A stretch of DNA of 63,722 nt, filler included, from Lenisia limosa (Eukaryota; Protista; Breviatea), in NCBI GenBank assembly GCA_001655205.1. It is 11 parts of 11 records of this genome, joined end to end, with 100 filler letters (N's around TTAATTAATTAA, not from the genome) between each part and the next. Parts side by side here need not be neighbours in the genome. Positions count along the whole stretch, not along the records: positions 32,501 to 37,774 come from LPNZ01002476.1; positions 37,875 to 42,251 come from LPNZ01007381.1; positions 42,352 to 44,304 come from LPNZ01000450.1; positions 44,405 to 46,763 come from LPNZ01002989.1; positions 46,864 to 51,465 come from LPNZ01007582.1; 6 more parts are not named here. One strand, given 5' to 3'. Positions 35,582 through 46,919 of this stretch are shown here, piece by piece (the stretch's first letter is position 1; each line of letters opens with the position of its first letter). Both the position numbers and the translations under genes were made by a program. The notes under the pieces were generated by a model. The model saw nothing but the letters and a program-made list of their open reading frames with translations, did not search any database and was not told where the DNA came from.

Positions 35582-37774
35582 ATGAACGAACTCGCTACAG
35601 GCGACTCTCCTGTCTACTCCTATCGAGGATTAGTGTTAAACAAAACATCCGTCCAAGTCACTGCCTTCGATCAGGCTTTAAAAGATGATCTCATGTCTCT
35701 CTCTCAGACCGAGGTTTGCTCATGTTGTTCTCCTCACCCCTTGCAGTCCATGCTCCCGAGCTTCCAGAAGGATGCAGCAACGTTCCGAATCCACTCGTTT
35801 CCGGCGCAACATACCGGCCTTCTCATCTCTCTCTGTCAAGGGTTGGTTTGGCTTACTTCCTTGCTTTTGGCGGTTTTTTCCTGTCGTCTTCTCTCCCCTC
35901 TTTAGTCTCTCTATCAAGGCGTGGAACTCTAGAATAAGATGAGTAGATATCAAATAAATATGATTTTTGCAAAAATATTTCTATTTTCGGGGTTTTTGTT
36001 ACACGTTCACTATCTGTGCTATTTCGCTTAAACTGTTGTTCTAAACGTGCTATCTATGACAATGACACACCGTGGTGAACGAAGGAAAATTCTTCCCAAA
36101 TTCAACAAGTTTTTATGCATTGCAGCCCTGGTTATGGTCTTTTCATATTCATTAATTTTGTCATTCTCAAATTGTGGCTGTTTGTCAAATTGATCTTTTT
36201 GTAATTTTCTTTTTGGGGGAAGAAGGTGGTTTCACAACCTTGATGCCAACAGATTTCTGCTATTCCTCTAAATATCTTTTTAAAAAAAAGCTTCTTAGAT
36301 GCCATAGAGACCCCATGTACTTATTCTGAAATATCAGTTTCTTAAATCCTCCCATTGCGCTGCAGGATGTTTCTAACGGCTTTTGGAGATCTCAACTTAG
36401 ACAATCTTCACACATTTTACAATTATAAGAAACAATATCAAGCTAAAAACATATATATATTTATTGACTCTTTTAAGCGAATAATACTGGTAAACAAATC
36501 TGGTTAATGCTATTTAGGGAGACTCTGAAAGCCGACGAACTCGTCAATAAGACCTTAGAAACGCTCTACCGCGGCATGGACTTCCGGACCCCCACGGTCG
36601 ACGAAGTATCGCAATCTTTAGCTGCAAGTAAACCAGCCGCCCGTCCCACGCCACCAGTCCTTGGTGGGCTATTATTAAGTCATTCTAAAAAGGCGGTGCT
36701 TTAGTTTGCAATAAAATAGGTTCCATTTTCCTTTTAGTATAATACCTGATTTCTAGAGCTGAATATTGTTCTATCATTTGATCTCACTCTATCATATTCC
36801 TTTCTCCTTCATAAATTATGTCTGTTAAATAAAAATGTTCTAAAAGTATTGATGAAATCTCTCATCTGTCCCTTCATCACTTTTTGTGTTTCCCCCACAA
36901 ACACTATTCTTCTCATACTAGTATATTATTGGTACATAACAAGCTGTTTCTCTTTGACTTGGTTCATCCCAATTAAGAGTGACCATAGTAAGTCCTGACA
37001 CGGATATTCAACTCCATCTTTAGTCAATCGTGTTAGGACTTACCGCGACCAGTGCACACTGGATAAATATCGATAATTCCACTAGAAATGTTCCGCATCT
37101 CTCCTATTAACCCGTCAGTTCCCCTCAATGCACCTACAGGCTCTTTCGCCATCAAGCCTCTCTCAATCGCTCCTCCCCTCCATGATATGACCAAGATAAA
37201 CCCGGCATTGAACCCCCTTCCTCCCATCCCCGCAATCGTTTTCACCCCTTCCCCCGTTTCCTCCCCTGCCAAACCTGAGACTGTTTCCTCGCCCGAACCT
37301 ATCCAAAAGGAAGACCAAAAGAATGCCGTTATTATTAATGTGGATTCTTTGGAAGCCAAAGCGGAAGTGAAGTTGGAAGCAAAGGCGGAATCCTCACCTG
37401 ATGTAACAAGTCCAAGCCCACTCAAGTCTCTTCCGCCCCTTTACGTTGACCCATCATCATCGAGGTGAGGTGCTTGAACAGAAACGCTGTTTTTGATCTT
37501 TGAGAACAAGAGAAATAATATACATTAGAAATCTAGGGAAACTAATAAATACATAGGGATGCCTCCGCTTTAATCTTGTTCTGTGCATCAGATTAGATTC
37601 CATTTGTAAAACAATTATCTTTTTGTTTTCAACTTCTCTCCCTCCCCACCCCCACCCCTTTTTTTTTTCTTTCTCTAGCGCTTTTTCTCAACTGATCAGT
37701 TCTGATGAGCTTCCCCCAGTCACCCCGCACAACCTCAGAATCAGCCAGGTTTGAGAGCCTTATGGTCAATCCGA
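35582..37774 (+). CDS. Hypothetical protein with Pro-rich central region (3' truncated)
   Basis: MNELATGDSPVYSYRGLVLNKTSVQVTAFDQALKDDLMSLSQTE|SMLPSFQKDAATFRIHSF..; exons at ~36517-36660 and 37088-37465 (Pro/Ser-rich). Confidence 0.6.
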
Positions 37775-38009
37775 NNNNNNNNNNNNNNNNNNNNNNNNNN
37801 NNNNNNNNNNNNNNNNNNTTAATTAATTAANNNNNNNNNNNNNNNNNNNNNNNNNNNNNNNNNNNNNNNNNNNNGAATTTCCATTTTAGTGGAGCACAAG
37901 AAGGCCTAATATGTTTTTGGCTTGCTCACCCCTACCCTCTCTACCAGTCAAGCAGGTTGATATATTGTGCGTTATGATTCCTTGATTTGAGTAATTATTT
38001 CGTCCCCTC

Positions 38010-41000
38010 AGGAGAATCCTGCAACATCCGGCTCTTTGGGCTCTTGGATGGTTCGGCTCATGGCCAGTTCACCGGACACACAGAGACGGTTGACTTCCTT
38101 GTGCCTCTCCAGGCCCAATACCATCTACCGGCTAATAACTACAAGGTATGATGCGTTGTAAGGCAANNNNNNNNNNNNNNNNNNNNNNNNNNNNNNNNNN
38201 NNNNNNNNNNNNNNNNNNNNNNNNNNNNNNNNNNNNNNNNNNNNNNNNNNNNNNNNNNNNNNNNNNNNNNNNNNNNNNNNATGCGATTCAAGGAGTCGTC
38301 ATTGTAACAATATCTCTTATATACTATATCATATGATGGAGTGGACAGCTTCAGCAATATTTTCCCATGTCTACTTCTTAGCAATCATATCACAACCTCG
38401 TTTTTTTTTAGTTATAAAGGCCAATAATTTAGGGAATTAATAGCCAGATACCCTTGTTTTTCTTTCTCATTTAGTATATATGATATGTAGTAATATGATA
38501 TACTATACATATAATATATAGTATAGCTATCTATGTACTCCAGCATTGACCCTTCAGACTGCAGTCAAAGAGAAGTCAGTTAAGGGCATCCCACCACCTG
38601 CTGTATGTCCGGATGACCAGCTCTGCATCTGGTCATCCGGCGTTGATGTCATTATCAAAAGGTTGGGGAGGAAGTCAAATAATATATTAGGTGGATGGCC
38701 TTGGCTGAACACCTTTTTTCAGTTCATAAGGGTGTTTTTACAGTTGAATCTTGCCCTATTATGTCTAACTTTTTTTGACCTATTAAGTAATATTTTCAAG
38801 TAGTATATTGTGTTTTTTATCAGTAGTCATGAACACTAAATTCAGCATGAATGCTGATGCAATGGGCTGATGAGCAGGTGGCAGTTCGACCGTCCCGAAG
38901 TTGTGAAGGAAACCGGCATCGGAGGGGCGTGGGCCAGAACCAGAGCCAAAACCAAGAAGGCCGTATGAGGTTTTAAATTGGCTAATTGTTTCTCTAAAAT
39001 TATGTCATATGATAGATATGAATGCCAAGTCTGACCCTTTAGACGAAGGAAGCGATGAAGAAGGTGAAAGAGAAGGCTGGAGACCTCACTGAACAGCAGT
39101 TGAAGGTCTGATTACCTGTACTCTGTCCCTCTCTATCATTGGGGATTATTTATTGTTCGATGTTCACCTCACCGCGCAGGCTCTTATGTCGCCGCACTCC
39201 GGACAGATCACAGCCATGGCAGTGTGGGAGGAGAACGGACTTGTGGCGACGGGTTCGGCTGACGGCGCGTTTGCCGTTTGGGATATGAAGGAGGGTAGAG
39301 CCAAGTACCGCACGGAAGTCGGGTGTAATGTGGGGGGGGGGGCAATAAATTTTTTGAAATATATGTGAATGGATACAGAAACACCTTCAGCCTGATATTG
39401 TCTCATCTTTACATTCTTCTACCTCATCTTAGCATTCTTATATCTCGCCTTAACATTCTTATATGTCAGATTAAAATTCCTCTATCTCAGATTAGCATTC
39501 TTCTCTCTCAAATTAACATTTTTTATCTCAGATTAACTCCTTGGCGTTTATTTCGGAGGAGGAAGTTGTCATTTGTGGCGAGGAATGGAACACCCCCCAC
39601 GCCTGTCTTTGGGAGAGTGATACTGTAGGTCCACGCAGTGTCTGATATGCCACCTTTTTTACAAATTTATTCCTGTGTCACTTTTATGAATTATTATTTG
39701 CATATTTTCTCATTCATCCCGACGACCCCCCAGCTCTATATGCACTATCATCACAACCCAGTCCTACGCTCTCTGTGATGGTGTTCTCTCCGGATCCGGC
39801 ATGGGAGAATACTACAGCTGGGGCCCCATCAGAGTCGACATGCAACACGAGGTGGGAGCATATACCCTTTATTGCTTAATCGTAGAAAAGGTGTCGGGTC
39901 ACAAAATACTAATATTGTCTACATACACAGTAGCAGCTTTCAAGGCGCTGATTGTGTATCATGATCTTTTTGATGCTAAGCAAGATTTTTGCATTTTATT
40001 CTTTGTCAGCTCATCCACGTACAAGAGACGAACAAGTACTTTATCTTCACATTCTACGGCGAATTGGTCTTCTTCGGAAAAGTGGGCTTGTCTCGATTCT
40101 TTCATTTGCCATCCATTCCGGCTTTGGATGGGCTGGATTCATAGATAATATTACGCTTTTAGTTCTGCTCCTGAACCACTAATAATAATGATAGAAACCA
40201 TAGCACTAATGCCAGCTTGGCTCAACCCGTTGTCCACTTGGATTATAACGCTATAGATGCCAAGTGTCTGCGAGTCGCAGTATCTGAAGATTTCTCCCTC
40301 TGGTGAAATGACGGCCTCATCATCCATGTCCAAACGGTATGATTGCGCTTTGTTACATTTGAATTTTGTGTTTCAGTTTTGTTTCCTTTTTTATATTGAT
40401 TGCCTGAAAAATAATTTTGAAGATCCCTTTGCTTCCTGTTGCTAATATAATCTCTTAATCATTTCAACCCCTAGACTTTGTGTATTACCAATGAAATGAC
40501 CTATTCTTCAGGTTCCGTATTTGGACAGGCTACAACTTTGAAAGTAACAGCTACGAGGAATGCGACGAAGAGGTTGACCAGGAGGATAATGTTGAGGTTT
40601 CTGGGCTGACACTTTGATGTCTTACTTCAAGTTTTCAAACGTTTGAATTGATTACATTTCTAACGTTCTGTTCTTGAGTAATCTTTTTGTAGGAAGACGA
40701 AGAGCATGAAGATAATGAAGAAGATAATGTTGGAGAGGAAGAAGGTGGAGATGAAGATAAGGATGAAGAAGCTGCAGATGAAGATGAGGAGTATGTAGAC
40801 AATGAAGATGGTGAGTGATGGAAAAATAAGTGTTGGCAAATGATAATGGGTGAATTAATATTTTACATCTCAAAAGTATAGTTGACGAAGCACTCATATT
40901 TCTGAACGGGATAACATCTCTATTGACCAGGAATCATATCAATACTTCAATATACGATAAACGCAGGGATTTTTGTTTTAAAGTCAATCAATATCCACAT

Positions 41001-41758
41001 ATCTATTCGACTATTCCGAAACACATTGTAAAAGGTGTCTTGAACGGGCAACTCACGCGTTACGGTCGATTGTGTTCTCAACCGAGACACTTCGTCTACA
41101 ACACAGCTCGTCTCATCCGAAACCTTAATACCAATGGATATAATCTTGCATTCCTCAAGAAATTAAAGATATCGTTCATCTTCAAATTCAAGTTTGCATT
41201 GATAACACCCCATCGAACAAAACTGAGGGCGCTTCTGCTAAGCAACCTCACCGGCCTCATAGACTAGGGGATATCTCCACCTGAGACCTAGCCTACTATT
41301 GAGCCACATATAATCTGTTCTCCTTTGAGGACGTTATCAATATTTACGATAGTATTATTCTGTAAAGCCTTTGATGTCTGCAGTTTTAACTCTCTGGCAC
41401 CTCCTGAATCTGTGACATAAGACGGATTTAGGAGGGCCTACCTGGGTTATTATGTATATTGTCCTTATGCATGAATCTAATCCTTGTAGGTATGCTGGGG
41501 AGGCACGCAGAAAGCTNNNNNNNNNNATATACATCTCTTATAAATGAGATGGTGTAGACGGCTTCGGCCAGATACAACCTTGTTTTATTTCTCATCTCTA
41601 CTATACATAATACATATCATATACATATCATATATTACTCTAACCTTGGTGACGTGACCCCATACATGACTTGATTGTATTCTGCATTTCTTTCCGTTTT
41701 GTGGAGAACATTGCTTGTCAGTAGTTTATTCGAATATTTCTTAGCCACCATAGAAAAC

Positions 41759-41798
<40 letters not shown>

Positions 41799-42058
41799 TT
41801 ATGAGTATCACCAACTCCGTCCCGAAGGTCAAGGATACCATTATTAAGGCCCACTCGCAGCAGGTGAGGGACATTCTATTTGTTTATCTGTGGTAGTTAT
41901 TCAAGCTTCACCTCCACCTCATAATCCCCCATTCGCGTAACGCTCCTGACCCCCAGGTTACTCGCATGTGCTGGGTCAATGACGATCTCCTCCTCACCGG
42001 CGGGTCTGACGGCTGGCTCTGCGCCTGGTCCACTCCGGCCGGTCTGCGCGGTTCTGGG
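38010..42058 (+). CDS. WD40-repeat protein with acidic insert (both ends truncated)
   Basis: WD repeats: FTGHTETV; SPHSGQITAMAVWEENGLVATGSADGAFAVWD; AHSQQ|VTRMCWVNDDLLLTGGSDGWLCAWS. There is an E/D-rich exon at 40693-40811, and (GAT)13 at 41759-41797 encodes poly-Asp. Confidence 0.85.
39390..39540. repeat. Degenerate ~21-bp tandem array ending at a splice acceptor
   Basis: About seven units resembling TTAGCATTCTTATATCTCAGA; the last unit supplies TCTCAG|ATTAAC. Confidence 0.75.
40880..41267 (+). mobile_element. Degenerate Penelope-like retroelement RT C-terminal fragment inside a WD40-gene intron
   Basis: Intronless, stop-free reading LIFLNG..TSIYDKRRDFCFKVNQYPHIYSTIP..VKGVLNGQLTRYGRLCSQPRHFVYNTARLIRNLNTNGY matches the FLD..T..YDK..F...P...S.IP.....Q..RY.R.CS...F......L...GY pattern of the PLE RT thumb/HTH region. 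Confidence 0.7.
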
Positions 42059-42448
42059 TTTTTTCAGGAAAGTCTCAATTGAAACTAGGATCATAAAGAT
42101 CCGTTTTGTCTTCCCCCAAGAGGCTCACTTTCTCCCCTAAAATGACATAAGTTTTTGAATATTCAATCTTTTGTAGAAAGTGAAATAACTTTTCCTCCAT
42201 ACCCAGAAGGCAGAAGTACCTATGGATAGCATAACATAGCGTATCGATTTGNNNNNNNNNNNNNNNNNNNNNNNNNNNNNNNNNNNNNNNNNNNNTTAAT
42301 TAATTAANNNNNNNNNNNNNNNNNNNNNNNNNNNNNNNNNNNNNNNNNNNNATCAAAGCCAGGCCAGTCGCTTCCGCAGCACCGCGGTGTATTTTCAAAT
42401 TTCACATTCGTTCACAATTTAATATACTATCTATAAATGCACGAGTTC

Positions 42449-44066
42449 TTATGACCAGTCTTTTTCGAGCCCTACTCCCAACTCACCAATACTTCCCATC
42501 TTGAATGTATGTGTCGCACTAAAAAACGTGAATGAAAATATGGAGATCGATAGTTTTCGAGGATTTATCGAGAAATTCCGTCTTTTTGCGAACCGAAGTG
42601 AAGCCCTAGGTGTTACACTAGAACAAAGCGACAAGAAGGGGTGAATCAGTGGATGGTGGAGAGGGGCTTGGATTTCAATGGGTTCTACTAGGGCTTCACT
42701 TCAATTCGAAAAAAGACAGAATTTCTCGATAAACTCGAAAACTATCGATATTTCGAACCGAAGTGAAGCCCTTGTTCTGCTAGGACAAGGACCGGCCTAA
42801 CTAGATTGGCGATATCTAGTGTAATATATATTGTAATGGTCATTTTGGGACGGAGTGAAGCGGTAGTGTTTACCGATTCACACGTTTACCAGGGATATTT
42901 TACCATCAGTATTTATTATGTTTTACCTGTCATCTAGTATTATATGACTTCTGGGACTGGAGTGAAGCCGTAGTGTGCACCGGTTCACACGTTTACCTAT
43001 TACATTTTAACAGGCCATCTGTTATATTTTAGCGGTTATCTTATCTTAATATAGGGCTTCACCGGATAATTTAGAGGGTTTTATCGAAAATTCAGTCTTT
43101 TTTCGAACCGAAGTGAAGCCGTAGTGCTTACCGGTTCACACGTTGCCCCAGTGCTGATACCGTAACAATCAATGGAGTGGCCAAAGGGACAGTATTTGCC
43201 TGTCTCACAATCTAGAGAGAGGGGTAACCAGAGTCGAGGGTAATAAGGGCCGGGGGAGGGGGGGTGAAATTGGAAAACTTATGAAATGATGAGAGTTAAT
43301 AACAACAAAAAAGCCCAGGCCAGTCACTTCTGGAGTACCGCATCCCACTCCAACACAATAAACAAAGTCCAGGCCAGCCGCTTCTACTGCATCGCATCCC
43401 ATATAATATAGATCATCATATTGGGTAGAATAGAAAAAAAATACTGGGGTATTATATTTAGGGCTTTACACTTCGGTTAAAATATCGATAGTTTTCGAGG
43501 ATTTATCGAGAAATTCAGTCTTTTTCGAACCGAAGTGAAGCCCCGTTCACAACCAACCGATACAGGCGTTTTTCTCGATAATTTTGGTCTGATTGGTGTT
43601 GTGGATGTTCATAGAGAGGGTCACGAGGTCGTGACTACCGTGCGATGCCTTCTGTTTGCCTGCAGGACACACACTTTGATGTGTCTGTGATTGGTTAATA
43701 TGATGCTCAAAGAAAGTTAATATTCGCAGAAAGACACCTTGCTGTTGTTAGGTCTCCACATTTATAATAAATATTTGTTTATAGTATAAAAATATTTCAC
43801 CCAATCATATGCCATATCATTAAACATTTGACAGCACCCAACAACCACGCATCGACTTGGGATTCTTGTGAAAACGGTGGAATTCCCATATTTTACATGA
43901 GAATCCCATGGAATTTTATGAGAATTTGATGAAATTTATGGGAGTCCCAAATAATACTAGGGAATTCCCAAGTCGATGCGCGGTAGTGCCATCAAGGCTT
44001 ACATATTGCTTGAGCAGACTGAAGGTTTCGTCCATGTTATCGAGAGTGGTCTGGTCTGGGGATGGT
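42449..44066 (-). CDS. Hypothetical multi-exon gene fragment
   Basis: Candidate exons TTLDNMDETFSLLKQY (~44000-44050), KQKASHGSHDLVTLSMNIHNTNQTKIIEKNA (~43563-43655) and IVRQANTVPLATPLIVT (~43160-43211); introns are packed with MITEs. Confidence 0.4.
42689..42772. mobile_element. MITE family A, short copy
   Basis: Both TIRs present; flanks GTTCTAC / GTTCTGC resemble a decayed TSD. Confidence 0.85.
43839..43988. mobile_element. MITE family C with CACTA-like termini
   Basis: Inverted repeats CGCATCGACTTGGGA(A)TTC; the right end GTAGTG is the reverse complement of CACTAC; a second copy at 3738-3830 starts CACTACGGCGCATCGACTTGGG. Confidence 0.7.
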
Positions 44067-45166
44067 TAGAAAATTAAAAAAAGAGTCTCAAAACTGGCTT
44101 GTCTACAATTCGGTGACATTTATAAAAACGAAACTGTTCTTTTGCAACAATTGACCTTTATTTTAAAAAAAATTACCAGAAGGTATATGAAAACACCACT
44201 TTTGTCACTTTTTTAAACTCACCCAATTTTTAGATGCGCTTAAAAAAACGAGCTGATCAAGAAATTCAGGGGAAATATTGATTACCTCCTCCCTCAAAAC
44301 ATTTNNNNNNNNNNNNNNNNNNNNNNNNNNNNNNNNNNNNNNNNNNNNTTAATTAATTAANNNNNNNNNNNNNNNNNNNNNNNNNNNNNNNNNNNNNNNN
44401 NNNNCCCCCCCCCCCCTCCCAGACAGCCGACATTGAATTTCTCTTCCTTTTTGGTGAGGTATCAGGCCGAGTCGGATCGAGTGCGTCAGAACTCTACATC
44501 AACAATAGGGAAATTGCCAAGACCTCCACGTGGACCCGATTATAATATCTCGTTGTTGCCAGTGGACCTTTTGATAGGCTAATGCCTTATAGATATATCT
44601 GTTTCGGAGGCACTGCAAAATAGCTTGCCTGCAGATCAAAAACTTAAACCCCGAAAAACAGAAACAGAGCTTTACTTTCGGTTCCAAAACTGCCAGCATA
44701 CTGAGGGTTGAGAATTCAGAACGAGCACCCCAAAGAAGGAAATTGATAATTGTTGCTTGCTTCTTGAAGCTTCTGCTGGGACGAACACTTAGTTTGGGAG
44801 CTGAGGAGTGTATAAATAATAAATGGAGTATAATATATTAGCTATCTTATCTGCGTCGACAACATCTCGGAATATTTTAGACCAATTCTTCAGATTTCCA
44901 TACAATTACATTGGATTTTCATCAGGATCCATATCGTAGTGATGCAGTAATCCGCCATAAAGGGCATGGTTTTTATGTTTTCCTTTTTATTAAAAATAAC
45001 AATTACTGGGCAATAAACACACCGAAACACCTACCTCGCCTCGTGTCTTTATTATTTTGGAGGGCAACAAGGAAATGTCAAAGCTATATTACAGAATTTA
45101 CACAAAAACAATACAAAACATCAACAACAGTACACACCTAAACATGGAAAATATCAAAAAATGGTT

Positions 45167-46763
45167 TCACTCCTCAAAAACATGCGAGAAAAAAGGATCC
45201 TCTAGGGCCTGTGCGCTTGTGGGCCTATGGCGTGAAATGCGGCGTAAAGACAAGAAGTTTTGTTCCATTTCATACCTCAAAAGGGGGTCGATAATAAGCA
45301 GTCGCTTGATGAAGGCAACTAACTCGGTTGGAGCATTGGGCATGCTGTGATTGTGAAGATACGGTATTTCCTTTAGAAATAGGGTGGTGGGATATAGGAA
45401 TGAAAAGTGTGACGATTGTGAGAATGGTTCAAGATATTTGAGAATTGTGAAGAATGAATAATATATTTGATATAGCTATTTGAGAATTGTGAAGAAAAGT
45501 GAATTGAAAGAATGGTGAAGATGTGATGGTGTGATTGTGAGAATTGTGAGAGGAGGGTAGCACTTGAGGAAACACACAATTCAGCGAGGTCGTGCGGCCG
45601 GGGCGAGAGGAAGTCCACCCCATGCTCGGGGTTTTTGTGGTAGAGGATGCGGCGACGAATGAAGAAGTCGGGTACCCGGGTGCCTCTATCGAGTACCTGG
45701 GGGGGGGGGGGNNNNNNNNNNNNNNNNNNNNNNNNNNNNNNNNNNNNNNNNNNNNNNNNNNNNNNNNNNNNNNNNNNNNNNNNNNNNNNNNNNNNNNNNN
45801 NNNNNNNNNNNNNNNNNNNNNNNNNNNNNNNNNNNNNNNNNNNNNNNNNNNNNNNNNNNNNNNNNNNNNNNNNNNNNNNNNNNNNNNNNNNNNNNNNNNN
45901 NNNNNNNNNNNNNNNNNNNNNNNCTGGGGGGGGGGGGTAAATTGGAAAATTTATGAAACAAAAAAAGCACAATGTAAAATTGAAAAAATAATGATGACAC
46001 AAAAAAAAAAGCCCAAAATCAACTTTGTTGGCTGATAACACACGACAGTTGAGAAGTCGCCAGCACCATCCCATCATGGTAAAACAAAAGAAATTAAATA
46101 TAAGTGGGGAGGGAGTGGGGAAAAGGGAATTTTCTGAAACAAAACAAACTTTCCCAACTAGGGCTTCACTTCAGTTAGAAAAAAAGACTGAATTTCTCGA
46201 TAAATTCTCCAAAACTATCGATATATTCCCGAACCGAAGTGAAGCCTTAACCCCCATGCATTATCAATAGTAGAGCTGCACTTTTTGTTCAAAAAGACAT
46301 CAGGATTATCGATACTTATCGAGGATTTATCGAGATTTCAGTCTTTTTTGGAACCGAAAGTGAAGCTCTCATCAATACCCCCCCCCCCACAAGACATTAT
46401 CAGTAGCAAGCTCGAAGAGTATACAGGCCAACGACCAGATGTCAATTCGAGCATCGAACGCATGGCCCAGGATAATCTAAGTAATTAGAAAGAGATATTA
46501 TGGATAATTAAAAAGAGATATTATGGATAATTAGAAAGAGATCATCTGACACCTGATGAAAGATGCCCAAATACATACATTATTTCAATTCTGAATTCTC
46601 ACACAATCTTCGATTTTATTAGAAAGGGGTCATATGGATAATTAGAAACGGTACCCCACCCTACCTCGGGAGCACGATAGCTGCGGCTTTGAATGTAGAA
46701 CGTGGGCGAGTCGGTGGTGAACGTGGAAGACCCGAAGTCGATTACCTTGATCAGACACCGACT
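45167..46763 (-). CDS. DYRK-family (DYRKP/PPK15-like) protein kinase, C-lobe fragment
   Basis: SRCLIKVIDFGSSTFTTDSPTFYIQSRSYRAPE|IILGHAFDARIDIWSLACILFELATDN ... MPNAPTELVAFIKRLLIIDPLLR|PTSAQALEDPFF (subdomains VII-XI). One exon falls in gap 45712-45923. Confidence 0.9.
46159..46249. mobile_element. MITE family A copy (a second copy follows at ~46285-46367)
   Basis: TAGGGCTTCACTTC...GAACCGAAGTGAAGCCTTA; intronic in the kinase gene. Confidence 0.85.
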
Positions 46764-46919
46764 NNNNNNNNNNNNNNNNNNNNNNNNNNNNNNNNNNNNN
46801 NNNNNNNTTAATTAATTAANNNNNNNNNNNNNNNNNNNNNNNNNNNNNNNNNNNNNNNNNNNNCCCCCCCCCCCTCCCCACCTATATATATATATAACAC
46901 CACAGATATCACCCCCCAA

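Noticed and set aside
44405-44880. Extra exons of the kinase or a neighbouring gene
   Set aside because: Coding-like, but strand and phase could not be resolved, so no feature is called.
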